Shown: positions 9,841 through 19,717 of the stretch, piece after piece
Layout of the letters: every line of letters begins with the position of its first letter
Numbering within the stretch: the stretch's first letter is position 1
Sequence record: PV660457
Source: Escherichia phage LF82-19
Strand: one strand, 5' to 3'
Length of the DNA stretch: 52,748 bases
Notes under the pieces: generated by a model
Seen by the model: the letters and a program-made list of their open reading frames with translations, nothing else
What the model was told of the DNA's origin: nothing
The model's database searches: none
Program-made: the position numbers and the translations under genes

Positions 9841-10158
9841 ATGTCATTCAAAGTTAAACTGTCCGAGCGCCTCCCTGACTTCCCGCTTGATGTGAAATTC
9901 AACCTTCCGAACGGCACCGAGGCCGAAATTAAATTCACCGTCAAATCACTGAAGGCAAGCGAAGTTCAGGAGCTTTACACCAAGGCTGGCGAGGGCACTG
10001 GCGCTGAGTTCATTACCGCGCTGGCTACCGGGTGGAACCTGGAGGATGAATTTAACGAAGCCAACCAGAACGAGCTGGTAGACAGCTACCCGGCTGTAGT
10101 TCTTGCGCTGGTTTCCGCATACATGGAAGCGCTAGCGGGGTATCGAGCAAAAAACTAA
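9841..10158 (+). CDS. tail assembly chaperone (G-like)
   Basis: 105 aa acidic protein before tape measure; ends just after slippery heptamer. Confidence 0.6.
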   Translation: MSFKVKLSERLPDFPLDVKFNLPNGTEAEIKFTVKSLKASEVQELYTKAGEGTGAEFITALATGWNLEDEFNEANQNELVDSYPAVVLALVSAYMEALAGYRAKN

Positions 10159-10469
10159 AAAGGGCAGTCGAGCTAATGTATCGACGAGTGCCCACAGAAG
10201 CAGAGCTTGCCGATTACGGCCTGACAATGGAAGATTACCTAAATGAAGACCCTGAGATCTTAGAGTTTGATTCAGAGCTTTATGCGTCATGGGAAATGTT
10301 TTGCGCGATGCAAACACAGTGGCGATCTTCCGGCGTTGGCGCAATTGGCCTTGATTATAACGTGTTGCCTATGTTGTTCCGAATCTATAAAATAGAAGAC
10401 GAAGAACTAGCCTTAAACGACGTGCGAATCATGGAAGCGGAAGCGCTGAAACGTATGCACAAAAAATAA
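9841..10469 (+). CDS. tail assembly chaperone fusion (GT-like) via -1 frameshift at 10149-10155
   Basis: heptamer A_AAA_AAC in frame at 10149-10155; -1 frame continues into ORF 10176-10469 without a stop. Confidence 0.5.
10149..10155 (+). other. programmed -1 ribosomal frameshift slippery site
   Basis: X_XXY_YYZ = A_AAA_AAC in correct phase, 3 nt before the G-like stop codon. Confidence 0.55.
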
Positions 10470-10490
10470 GCGCCTTCGGGCGCTTTTCTT
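10470..10490 (+). terminator. rho-independent terminator
   Basis: GCGCC-ttcg-GGCGC then TTTTCTT. Confidence 0.5.
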
Positions 10491-10503
10491 ATATGGGGGT
10501 TTT

Positions 10504-13203
10504 ATGACCGAACAGTATGCAGGTTTGAGCCTTGAAGTTGACGTGTCGCAGGTTGACAAAGCTGCGGTTTCGCTTGAGAACTTCGCGAAGGCGAATGACA
10601 CGGCTGCGAAGGGTGTTGATAAGTTTATCAACCAGGAGCAGGTTGCACGCCAGAAACAAAAGGAATACGTAGAGGAGATCAAGAAGGGTAACGCCGAGTT
10701 TGCCAGGATCGAGAAGGTCATTGACCCGGCAGTGTCAAAGATCAAGCAATTGCAAACCGCTGGCGCAGATCTCGAAAAGCTATGGCAGAAAGGGCTTGTG
10801 CCTGATGAGCGCTTTTTCCAGTTGGGTGACGTTATCGACACTCAGATCGGGGCGCTGAAGAAGTCACAGCAAGCACTGACTGAGGAAGGCCGCGCAGCAC
10901 TGGAAAACGCGAAGGCGAAAGCACAGGCGCAACGTGACGGCGATCGCTTCATCAAGCAGTTGCAGGAGCAAGCCAACGCCGCAACCATGACCAAGACCGA
11001 GATCTTAGAAATGAAGGCCGCGCAGTTGGGCGTTACGGCACAGGCCGCGCCACTGATCGCAGCCATGAACAAGCAGACTAGCGCCATCAATCTTGCTGGC
11101 ATTTCGGCTGGGCAGTACAACCAGGCAATGCGAATGCTTCCGGCGCAGATCACGGACGTTGTGACTTCATTAGCATCAGGGATGCCTGTTTGGCTTGTTG
11201 CCATCCAGCAGGGCGGCCAGATCAAGGACAGCTTCGGCGGAATCGGTAACACGTTCAAAGTGTTGTTGTCTTACCTCAATCCGCTTAATGTTGGCATTGG
11301 CCTGACGGTTGGCGCGCTGGGCGCTCTCATCTTCCAGGTTGTGAAGGCTCGCGGAGAGATTACGGCAGCGCAGAAAGCCGTTGCAGAGTCATTGGGCATG
11401 ACTGGTGATTACGCCGATAAGCTGGCGTTAAACCTTCGCAACATTGCTGACGCTTCAAAGCAGACAGCAGAGGAGGCGGCTAAGGCTTTCATTTCCACGA
11501 AAGATAAAGCGGCAGAGGCACAGGCCAAACTGATTGATGTTGGTTTCAGCTACGACGAAGCGCGCCAGATGGTTGAGAAGTACAAAGGATCGTCTGATTT
11601 CACTTTCCTTAACACGGAGATTGAGCGCCATCGCCTTGAGGTGCTGGGCATTAAAGATGCGTGGAGTGATGCGGCTGAGGAAGTCAAGAACTACTACACC
11701 GGGGCGAAGGAAGGCAAGCAAAGCGTAGCGCTGGGCGGCGCGATTGACCCTATCATCAAGATCATCGAGCGTGCCAAAAATCTCCAGGTTGAGACTAACA
11801 AGGCGCGAATCGAAGGTAACAAGATCGTAAATGATACCGTCAACCTCGTTGAAAAAGAGTACCTTGCAAGCAACCGCGTTGCTGCGGCTAAGAAGGCTCT
11901 TACTGAGGCCGAGAAGTACGCGAAAACAATCGCGGCATCCGGCAACGCTGAGGCGATCAAGCAGTCGAAAGAGCTGATTGAGATTCGCAAGAAGGAGATC
12001 AAGCAAGCTGAGGAGGCTGAAGCGAAGAAGAACAAGCCTAAGAAAGTTTCACAGGGCGCAATTGTTCGATCGCCTGAAGAGCAGCTTGACAAAGAGCTTT
12101 ACACGCTCAAAGCTCAGTTGAAGGTGTTGCAGGAGCATCAAAACATCGGTGAGCGCATTTCAAGCCAGCGTAAATCATTGTGGAGCGTTGAGGCTCAGAT
12201 CTCAATCCTTCAGGAAGCGCAGAGTAAGCGCCGATTGTCGAATGAGGAAAAGGCGTTGCTGACGAGCCAGCAAAAGGTGCTGGCGATGGCTCAGGAGAAA
12301 GCGGAGTTAGGCGATCAGATTTTGGCTCAAGAGAAGTTAAACGCTCTTAATGACAAATCGCTTGCCTTTGTGATCCAAATGAACCAGTCAGCACAAGCCC
12401 TCAACGAAACACGCGCCATGGGCAACCGTGAGGCAGAGCGTGCGGCGGCGAAGGCTAAGATCACCTCTGATTACATGGCGCAGGGTGGCGGCAAGGATGA
12501 TGCAGCGTTGCAGAAGATGATCAAAGCACAGGACGACTACTACGCGGCTGAAGATGCGAAGCGTGCAGACTGGTTAGCCGGGGCGAAAAACGCCTTTGCC
12601 AACTACGGTGACGCGGCAACGGATATGTACTCCAACGTTGGGCAGATTGCCAGCAGCGCGCTTAACGGAATGTCAGATATGATGGCGGAGTTTCTCATGA
12701 CGGGCAAAGCCAACTTTGAGGACTTCGCGAAGAGCATCATCAGCCAGATCATTAAGATGATCACACAGATGGTAATCTTTAACAGCATTTCCGGCATGAT
12801 GGGCGGCGGCGGTTGGTCATTCGCTGGTGCTGGTTTCTCTGGTGGTGGCTACACTGGCGACGGCGGGAAGTATCAGCCAGCCGGAACGGTTCACCGTGGC
12901 GAGTTTGTCATGACCAAGGAAGCAACAAAGAGGATTGGCGTTGACAACCTGTATCGACTGATGCGAGGCTATGCTAACGGCGGTTATGTTGGCGGCTCAT
13001 CTTCCGGCACTGGTGCTGGCGGTAGCTTCGGCGGCGGATTCTCTCTGACGATTGGCAGCATCCCGGTTGACGTGAACAACGGAGGCGATCCGAAAGGCAT
13101 GGAGCAGGGAATTAAGGCAATCTTCCAGCAGATGATTCAGGAGTCATGCGCGCAGGGAGGAGAGGTTTACAACTTCATTCAACAGAAAACAGGAGCGGGT
13201 TAA
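10504..13203 (+). CDS. tail tape measure protein
   Basis: 899 aa, long coiled-coil Ala/Lys/Glu/Gln-rich region, C-terminal Gly-rich segment, position after chaperones. Confidence 0.85.
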   Translation: MTEQYAGLSLEVDVSQVDKAAVSLENFAKANDTAAKGVDKFINQEQVARQKQKEYVEEIKKGNAEFARIEKVIDPAVSKIKQLQTAGADLEKLWQKGLVPDERFFQLGDVIDTQIGALKKSQQALTEEGRAALENAKAKAQAQRDGDRFIKQLQEQANAATMTKTEILEMKAAQLGVTAQAAPLIAAMNKQTSAINLAGISAGQYNQAMRMLPAQITDVVTSLASGMPVWLVAIQQGGQIKDSFGGIGNTFKVLLSYLNPLNVGIGLTVGALGALIFQVVKARGEITAAQKAVAESLGMTGDYADKLALNLRNIADASKQTAEEAAKAFISTKDKAAEAQAKLIDVGFSYDEARQMVEKYKGSSDFTFLNTEIERHRLEVLGIKDAWSDAAEEVKNYYTGAKEGKQSVALGGAIDPIIKIIERAKNLQVETNKARIEGNKIVNDTVNLVEKEYLASNRVAAAKKALTEAEKYAKTIAASGNAEAIKQSKELIEIRKKEIKQAEEAEAKKNKPKKVSQGAIVRSPEEQLDKELYTLKAQLKVLQEHQNIGERISSQRKSLWSVEAQISILQEAQSKRRLSNEEKALLTSQQKVLAMAQEKAELGDQILAQEKLNALNDKSLAFVIQMNQSAQALNETRAMGNREAERAAAKAKITSDYMAQGGGKDDAALQKMIKAQDDYYAAEDAKRADWLAGAKNAFANYGDAATDMYSNVGQIASSALNGMSDMMAEFLMTGKANFEDFAKSIISQIIKMITQMVIFNSISGMMGGGGWSFAGAGFSGGGYTGDGGKYQPAGTVHRGEFVMTKEATKRIGVDNLYRLMRGYANGGYVGGSSSGTGAGGSFGGGFSLTIGSIPVDVNNGGDPKGMEQGIKAIFQQMIQESCAQGGEVYNFIQQKTGAG

Positions 13204-13550
13204 TGGCACTTGATATTTTTAAATGGTGCGTGCAGTTGCAGAATGGCGGTGGCGTGATGAGCGTCACCAACAATGACAGGCAAGTGCAGTTTGGCAACGG
13301 TTTCCGGCAGGTAGGATCTGCTGGGTTCAACACGGAGCGGCGAGAGTATGCGATCGTCTATTTCGGTGAGGACTGGCGCGAGGTTCGGCAATTCCTGCGA
13401 GATCACCGATTGAAACCTTTCGCATTCACGCCACCAGAGGACACGATCGGAATATTCTTGCTGAAGCCTGACACTCTGGCAACCGCACCAAAGGGTAAAG
13501 GTTTGCTTGAGGTAACTTGCACACTTGTAGAACAATTCACAGCAGCGTAA
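13203..13550 (+). CDS. minor tail protein (lambda M-like)
   Basis: ATG 13203 overlapping TMP stop (TAATG); first of M-L-K-I-J order. Confidence 0.65.
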   Translation: MALDIFKWCVQLQNGGGVMSVTNNDRQVQFGNGFRQVGSAGFNTERREYAIVYFGEDWREVRQFLRDHRLKPFAFTPPEDTIGIFLLKPDTLATAPKGKGLLEVTCTLVEQFTAA

Positions 13551-13555
13551 AATAA

Positions 13556-13581
13556 AGCCTCCTAACGGGGGCTTTTTTATT
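13556..13581 (+). terminator. hairpin plus T-run
   Basis: AGCCTCC-taac-GGGGGCT then TTTTTATT. Confidence 0.45.
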
Positions 13582-13590
13582 GGGGGTAAT

Positions 13591-14337
13591 ATGTCACCAG
13601 CATTTGAGAACGCACTAGCCAGTTTATACCCTGGCGAAATCATCACATTGATAGAGGTTGACGGCACCAAGTTTGGCGCGCAGGTCTACCGCTTCCACGG
13701 CGAAAACATCGCCTTTACTCCTGAAGAGATTCTTGCGGCTACTCAGCCGGGCGGAAGTCTTCAGCCGAAAACAATCACGTTCCAGGGTAACGAATACGGC
13801 GCGCGCCCGTTCGGGATTTCTGGCGTTAACTTCAACGGCAACGGCAAGGCAGGAAAGGTCACGCTCACGCTGTCAAACATTGATAGCCAGGTATCGGCGC
13901 TTATCCGCTCGTATAACGGGATGATGCAAGCGAAGGTCACTATCTGGATAACTCAGAAAGATTTGCTTGCCGACGATGGCACCGTTTCGCCAGGTGACTT
14001 CAGAAAGCTTGTGTACTTCATCGAGCGACCAAATTTTGTGGATCAGAACGTGGCGCGGTTCGAGCTTACCAGCCCATACGATATGGATGGCATCATGATC
14101 CCGGCGCGAATCACTCAGAGCGTTTGCTATTGGGCGCAGCGCGGTTGGTATCGCTCAGGTAAGGGTTGCAGCTACAACGGCAACCGATATTTCGATAAAG
14201 ACAACAATCCGACAGACGACCCAAGCCAGGACGTTTGCGCAGGAACAGCAACGGCGTGCAAGCTTCGCTTCGGCTCAGATCAGGAACTTGATTTCGGCGG
14301 TTGCGCAGTGGCTTCACTTGACAGAAGGAATCAATGA
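13591..14337 (+). CDS. minor tail protein (lambda L-like)
   Basis: 248 aa with C-terminal Cys cluster; gene order. Confidence 0.7.
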   Translation: MSPAFENALASLYPGEIITLIEVDGTKFGAQVYRFHGENIAFTPEEILAATQPGGSLQPKTITFQGNEYGARPFGISGVNFNGNGKAGKVTLTLSNIDSQVSALIRSYNGMMQAKVTIWITQKDLLADDGTVSPGDFRKLVYFIERPNFVDQNVARFELTSPYDMDGIMIPARITQSVCYWAQRGWYRSGKGCSYNGNRYFDKDNNPTDDPSQDVCAGTATACKLRFGSDQELDFGGCAVASLDRRNQ

Positions 14338-15062
14338 TGTTACAGCCAAAAATTAAGATGGCAATCTTCGAACATGCGAAAGAGGTTTACCCGCACGAGT
14401 GTTGCGGCGTGGTGACTCAAAAGGGGCGAGTGCAGAAATATTGGCGAGTGGATAACGTACACTCTGATCCTGAAAATCATTTCCAGATGCATCCTGTGCA
14501 ATACGCCGAAATCGAAGACGACGCGGAGCTAACCACGATCGCCATCGTTCACAGTCACACAGGAGACGGTGCAACAACGCTACCGAGCGCGCACGACAAG
14601 TGCATAATGAATGAAATGCAAGTGCCATGGGTTATCGTTAGCTTGCCGGAGGGTGATTTGAGGGTTGTTAATCCAGAGTCAATCCCTCTGATTGGTAGAC
14701 CCTGGGCGCTTGGATCGTATGATTGCTGGGGGCTGGTGATGGCGTGGCACCGTGAGCAGGGCGTGATCTTGAATGACTTCAGAAAGCCCTACGAGTGGTG
14801 GAAGCCGGAGCATGGAGAAAACCTCTATCAAGAAAACTATCTTGCGGAGGGGTTCGTTGAAACAGGTAAAGATCCAGAGCCAGGGGATATGGTAATATTC
14901 CAGCTACAGGCTAACGTATGGAACCATGCGGGAATCTACGTGGGCAACAACCAAATCCTTCATCACGCATTCGGAAAGCTGTCAAGGCACGATATTTATT
15001 CTGGATGGTATCAGGATCACGCGGTAATGATTTGCAGACATAAGGACTTAAAACCATGCTGA
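14334..15062 (+). CDS. tail assembly protein (lambda K-like; MPN/JAMM + NlpC/P60)
   Basis: E..ECCG and HSHTGDGATTLPSAHD JAMM-like motif; C-terminal YDCWGL ... H ... H NlpC/P60-like Cys-His. Confidence 0.8.
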   Translation: MMLQPKIKMAIFEHAKEVYPHECCGVVTQKGRVQKYWRVDNVHSDPENHFQMHPVQYAEIEDDAELTTIAIVHSHTGDGATTLPSAHDKCIMNEMQVPWVIVSLPEGDLRVVNPESIPLIGRPWALGSYDCWGLVMAWHREQGVILNDFRKPYEWWKPEHGENLYQENYLAEGFVETGKDPEPGDMVIFQLQANVWNHAGIYVGNNQILHHAFGKLSRHDIYSGWYQDHAVMICRHKDLKPC

Positions 15063-15649
15063 AGACGATTAAACTTTCAGGCTCGTTGGGCAAACGCTTT
15101 GGCGTATTCCACAAATTTTGCGTAGACAGCTACCCGGAGGCAATTCGGGCGCTTTCATCCCAGGTTGAAGGATTTAAGGAATACATGCAAAGCGAGGTTG
15201 GATCGCGAATGAGCTACGCAATTTTTGTGGACGGCAAGAACATTGGCGCTACGGATGAGCACGCCTTCGCCATCGCGAAAGAGATTCGCATCATCCCGGT
15301 TCCGACTGGCTCAAAATCTGGCGGACTGTTTCAGATTGTGGTTGGCGCTGTGATCATGGTTGCGGCATTCTATACTGGCGGAGCGTCGCTGGCGCTAATG
15401 GGAACGTTCGCAACGTCAGCTTTCATGATGGGCGGTGCAATGGTGCTGGGCGGCGTGATGCAGATGATCTCACCGCAGCAGGGCGGAATGAAGATGGAAA
15501 TGCAGAGCAGCAAGAACAAGCCATCATACGCATTCGGCGGAGCAGTAAATACCACGGCGGCTGGCTATCCTTTGCCGCTACCATACGGACGACGAACGAA
15601 CGGCGGCGCGGTGTATTCAGCCGCGAGTGTTGCCGAAGATATGAGCTAA
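15056..15649 (+). CDS. tail assembly protein (lambda I-like)
   Basis: 197 aa with hydrophobic Gly/Ala/Met-rich C-terminal half; between K-like and J-like. Confidence 0.65.
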   Translation: MLKTIKLSGSLGKRFGVFHKFCVDSYPEAIRALSSQVEGFKEYMQSEVGSRMSYAIFVDGKNIGATDEHAFAIAKEIRIIPVPTGSKSGGLFQIVVGAVIMVAAFYTGGASLALMGTFATSAFMMGGAMVLGGVMQMISPQQGGMKMEMQSSKNKPSYAFGGAVNTTAAGYPLPLPYGRRTNGGAVYSAASVAEDMS

Positions 15650-15654
15650 CAGAA

Positions 15655-15678
15655 GCCCGCCTTGCGCGGGTTTTTTTT
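15655..15678 (+). terminator. rho-independent terminator
   Basis: GCCCGC-cttg-CGCGGG then TTTTTTTT; TATAAT at 15685-15690 follows. Confidence 0.5.
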
Positions 15679-15726
15679 CGCCTGTATAATGGGTTCTTCT
15701 ATAAACCGCACGAAAAGGTAAACACA

Positions 15727-18700
15727 ATGAATAAAAAAGTGTTAGTGCATGGCTCAAAGGGTGGTTCACCAAAGCCGCACACGCCACAGGAAATGGAAGA
15801 CAACTTAATTTCAATCAACAAAATTAAGGTGCTTCTGGCTATTTCTGACGGTGAGATTGATCCTGATTTCAGCCTTAAAGATCTGTATCTCAATGACGTT
15901 CCTGTGCAGTCGAAAGAAGGAACGATGAACTACGATGGCGTGATTGCCGAGTTTAGACCGGGAACGCAAACGCAATCTTACATTCAGGGTTTTACTGACA
16001 CGGCAAGCGAGGTGACTGTAAACCGAGCGCTGAAGCAAGATAACCCTTTCATCTTCCCGGTAACGAACAAAAGCATTTCAGCGGTACGCGTTAAGATCTT
16101 CATGCCTCGCGGCGTAAAGACAGAATCAAATGGAGATATGGTTGGCGTTAGGGTTGAATACGCGATTGATTTCGCGGTTGATGGTGGATCATACCAGGAG
16201 GTTCTTAAGGACGTAATCGACGGTAAGACGATGAGCGGCTACGACAGAACCAAACGGATTAACCTTCCTGAATTCAACGATCAGGTATTGGTGCGCGTGC
16301 GTCGTGTAACGATGGATTCAACAGACGCAAGATTGATTGATGAGATCAGCGTGCAATCATATGCTCAAGTTGTCGATGCTAAATTCCGTTACCCCCTGAC
16401 CGGGCTGTTATACGTTGAGCTGAACAGCGCAATGTTCCCACAAATGCCAAATATCAGCGTCAAGAAAAAATGGAAGCTGGTGAAGGTTCCGAGCAACTAC
16501 GATCCAGTAGCGCGCGAGTATCACGGCACATGGGATGGCAGTTTTAAACAGGCATGGAGCAATAACCCTGCATGGGTGCTTTACGACTTGATCACCAATC
16601 AGAGATACGGACTCGACCAGCGCGAATTAGGGATTGATGTTGATAAGTGGAGCTTGTACGAAGCCGGGCAGTATTGCGATCAGCTCGTGCCGGACGGCAA
16701 AGGCGGAACAGAACCGCGCTACCTGTGCGACGTTGTGATTCAGTCTCAGATTGAAGCGTACACGCTAGTGCGTGATATTTGCTCTATCTTCCGTGGGATG
16801 AGCTTTTGGAACGGTGAAAGCCTATCTATCGTGATTGACAGGCCGCGTGATGCGTCTTACATCTTCACGAATGATAACGTGGTGGGCGGTTCATTCTCCT
16901 ACACGTTCGCCAGTGAAAAGAGCATGTACACAACATGCAACGTGACGTTTGACGATGAGCTGAACATGTACCAGCAGGACGTTGAAGCTGTGTTTGATCT
17001 GGATGCGTCTATTCGATTCGGGCACAACCCGACAAGCATAACGGCGATCGGATGCACGCGACGGAGTGAGGCAAACCGCCGAGGGCGCTGGATTCTGAAA
17101 ACGAACTTGCGCAGCACGACAGTTAGCTTTGCTACCGGGCTTGAAGGTATGATCCCAATGGTGGGCGATGTGATTGCGGTTGCGGATAACTTCTGGCAAA
17201 GCAATCTGACGCTTTCCCTTTCCGGGCGATTGATGGAGGTTTCAGGCATTCAGTGCTTCACTCACTTCCGAGTTGATGCGCGGCCAGGTGATTTCATTAT
17301 CGTTAACAAGCCTGATGGTAAGCCAGTGCGCCGCACGATTGCTAACGTATCAGCAGACGGAAAGACCATTGAACTAAATATCGGCTTCGGCTTTGCGGTT
17401 CAGCCAAACGCGGTATTCGCGATTGACCGTCAAGATCTGGCGCTTCAGCAGTATGTTGTTACCGGAATCAGCAAGGGTGATGGAGACGAGGAGTTTACTT
17501 ACTCGATCACGGCGGTTGAGTACGACCCGAACAAGTATGACGAGATTGATTACGGCGTTAACATCGACGACAGGCCGACGAGCATCATCGACCCTGACAA
17601 CATGCAGCCGCCAGAAAATATCAGCGTTTCGTCATATTCCAGGATCGTGCAGGGCATGAGCGTTGAGACGATGGTTATCGGGTGGGATAAGGCGCAGTAC
17701 GCGAGCACATACGATGTTCAATGGCGCAAGGATAATGGTAACTGGATTAACACTCCACGCACCGCAAACACAGAGGTTGAGGTTGAAGGCATCTATGCTG
17801 GCGTTTACCACGTCCGAGTAAGATCGACTTCAGCGGCTGGTAACTCTTCGCCATGGTCAAGCGTAGTGACGGTGAGCTTAACTGGCAAGGTTGGAAAGCC
17901 AGGAGCGCCGACGAGCATCACGGCGAGCACGGATGAGGTGTTTGGTATTCGCGTTAAGTGGGGTATGCCAGCAGGATCAGAGGACACGGCCTACATCGAG
18001 CTTCACCAGTCGAAAGACGGAACGCCGGACAATGCAAGCCTGTTAACGATGATTCCTTATCCTCAGTTTGAATACTGGCACGCGGTGCTCCCGGCTGGTT
18101 ATGTGAACTGGTATCGGGCGCGAGCAGTTGACCGAATCGGCAACGTCTCTGATTGGTCTGACTTCGCACGCGGCATGGCTTCGGATGATGTGGATCAGAT
18201 TTTGGACGTTATCAAGATTGACATTGAGGACAGCGAGATTTTCAAAGAGCTTGCCGAAAATGCAGTTGATACCGCCAACAAGATCAAAGACCAGGCGCAG
18301 ACGGATATTCAGAACGCATTAGCGAATGACTACAACCTGCAATGGACTCGCAAGCAGAACGGCGCACGTAAGGCCGAATACGGTCAAGCGGTGATTCTCA
18401 TTGCCAATGAGACAGAAGCTCGTGTAGCGGCGATTGAGGAGCTTAGAGCGTCAATCAATGACGATATCATTGCTCAAATCAAAACGATTCGAGAAGCGGT
18501 AGCAAATGAGGAGGAGGCACGAGTTAAGGCGGTTCAGGAGCTTGACGCTAAGTTTGCCGGGCAGATTGGAGACTTGCAGACAGCAACAGAGGCGAGCGTA
18601 TCGCGTCTGGATGAGGCGATCGCAAATGAGTCAGAGGCAAGAACTCAGGCAATTTCACAACTCGATGCGAAGTTCCAGGGCGTCATTGATGGAGTTAAGG

Positions 18701-19278
18701 CCGACACTGAAGCCAGCATTACGCGAGTTGATAAAGCCATTGCTAGCGAGACTCAAGCCAGGGTTGAGGCAGATACAGCGCTTGGTGTTCGGGTTGGTAA
18801 CACTGAATCCGCCATCACGCAAAAGCTTGATTCATGGATTCAGAACGGGCAGCCGGGAGCGTCGTATAACGTCAAGTTGGGTATCAAGTACAACGGGCAG
18901 GAGTATAGCGCAGGGATGGGGATGCAGTTGGTTAGCGATCAGTATGGCGTTAGATCGCAAATCCTGTTTGACGCTGACCGATTCGCAGTTGGCAAGATTG
19001 AGAATGGCTCTATTCGTCAGTTGCCGTTTGTGATTGAGGGTAATCAGGTATTCATTCGTGATGCGCTGATTAAAAACGGCTCCATCACTAACGCAATGAT
19101 CGGAAACGTCATTCAGTCAAACAACTATGTTGCTGGTTGGGCTGGTTGGAGAATGGACAAGAACGGAAACCTTGAGATTAACGGCAGCGCCGGAAACGGA
19201 AGGCTGACCATTAACAACAACATCATTGCCGTATATGATGGTAACGGTGTGTTAAGAGTTCGAATGGGATTGTTCTAA
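15727..19278 (+). CDS. tail tip / host specificity protein (lambda J-like)
   Basis: 1183 aa after I-like gene; fibronectin-like middle region and C-terminal coiled repeats. Confidence 0.85.
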   Translation: MNKKVLVHGSKGGSPKPHTPQEMEDNLISINKIKVLLAISDGEIDPDFSLKDLYLNDVPVQSKEGTMNYDGVIAEFRPGTQTQSYIQGFTDTASEVTVNRALKQDNPFIFPVTNKSISAVRVKIFMPRGVKTESNGDMVGVRVEYAIDFAVDGGSYQEVLKDVIDGKTMSGYDRTKRINLPEFNDQVLVRVRRVTMDSTDARLIDEISVQSYAQVVDAKFRYPLTGLLYVELNSAMFPQMPNISVKKKWKLVKVPSNYDPVAREYHGTWDGSFKQAWSNNPAWVLYDLITNQRYGLDQRELGIDVDKWSLYEAGQYCDQLVPDGKGGTEPRYLCDVVIQSQIEAYTLVRDICSIFRGMSFWNGESLSIVIDRPRDASYIFTNDNVVGGSFSYTFASEKSMYTTCNVTFDDELNMYQQDVEAVFDLDASIRFGHNPTSITAIGCTRRSEANRRGRWILKTNLRSTTVSFATGLEGMIPMVGDVIAVADNFWQSNLTLSLSGRLMEVSGIQCFTHFRVDARPGDFIIVNKPDGKPVRRTIANVSADGKTIELNIGFGFAVQPNAVFAIDRQDLALQQYVVTGISKGDGDEEFTYSITAVEYDPNKYDEIDYGVNIDDRPTSIIDPDNMQPPENISVSSYSRIVQGMSVETMVIGWDKAQYASTYDVQWRKDNGNWINTPRTANTEVEVEGIYAGVYHVRVRSTSAAGNSSPWSSVVTVSLTGKVGKPGAPTSITASTDEVFGIRVKWGMPAGSEDTAYIELHQSKDGTPDNASLLTMIPYPQFEYWHAVLPAGYVNWYRARAVDRIGNVSDWSDFARGMASDDVDQILDVIKIDIEDSEIFKELAENAVDTANKIKDQAQTDIQNALANDYNLQWTRKQNGARKAEYGQAVILIANETEARVAAIEELRASINDDIIAQIKTIREAVANEEEARVKAVQELDAKFAGQIGDLQTATEASVSRLDEAIANESEARTQAISQLDAKFQGVIDGVKADTEASITRVDKAIASETQARVEADTALGVRVGNTESAITQKLDSWIQNGQPGASYNVKLGIKYNGQEYSAGMGMQLVSDQYGVRSQILFDADRFAVGKIENGSIRQLPFVIEGNQVFIRDALIKNGSITNAMIGNVIQSNNYVAGWAGWRMDKNGNLEINGSAGNGRLTINNNIIAVYDGNGVLRVRMGLF

Positions 19279-19283
19279 TAGAA

Positions 19284-19312
19284 AAGGGAGCCTTGCGGCT
19301 CCCTCTTTTTTT
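19284..19312. terminator. bidirectional terminator between convergent J and minus-strand genes
   Basis: GGGAGCC-ttgc-GGCTCCC flanked by T-run on + and A-run (T on minus). Confidence 0.55.
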
Positions 19313-19643
19313 ACATCACTTTATTGTAGATAACCGGGCTTCGGCTGGTTTGCTGGGTAATCATGTCAAGCTTGTATTCAGCGCCGCGATTCCACTCGAA
19401 GCGTAGCGTATAAGTGTTTACGTCGCCGTAGCACATTACGTGTTTGAACTTGCGCAGGTGCTTATCAAATATCACGTTTGTGCTTTCTTCAATATTCACC
19501 GTCCGATCCTGGCAGTTTACAACCGCCACGGTTGAGCCAGTAAGAGACATTCTGGAAGCGTCAACCGGATATCCGATATTAACGTTCAAAGCCATAGCGT
19601 TTAAAGGAGCTAAGAGAGCCATAGCGAGCATGATTTTTTCCAT
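19311..19643 (-). CDS. secreted small protein (signal peptide)
   Basis: start at MEKIM (RBS GAGGAA 7 nt upstream); N-terminus MLAMALLAPLNAMA looks like a signal peptidase I substrate; track ORF to 19688 is an extension. Confidence 0.45.
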   Translation of the reverse strand: MEKIMLAMALLAPLNAMALNVNIGYPVDASRMSLTGSTVAVVNCQDRTVNIEESTNVIFDKHLRKFKHVMCYGDVNTYTLRFEWNRGAEYKLDMITQQTSRSPVIYNKVM

Positions 19644-19674
19644 TGGTGTTTCCTCGATTCGTTTATTTAAATTG

Positions 19675-19717
19675 ATTATATCCACCAATCAGGGCGCGTG
19701 CTTAGCAATTCGTGCTA
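19675..19717 (-). promoter_or_regulatory. palindrome TAGCA-N5-TGCTA plus -10 TATAAT (22-nt gap)
   Basis: on minus: TAA-TAGCACGAATTGCTA, 22 nt, TATAAT; precedes secreted protein gene. Confidence 0.5.

Noticed and set aside
10413-12092. Antisense ORFs inside the tape measure gene (10413-10841, 10842-11258, 11455-12006, 11694-12092, minus strand)
   Set aside because: They lie entirely within a long, well-supported plus-strand gene; their translations are Ala/Ser/Cys/Arg-rich low-complexity strings typical of reverse-frame artefacts in GC-rich coding DNA, with no RBS or promoter context.
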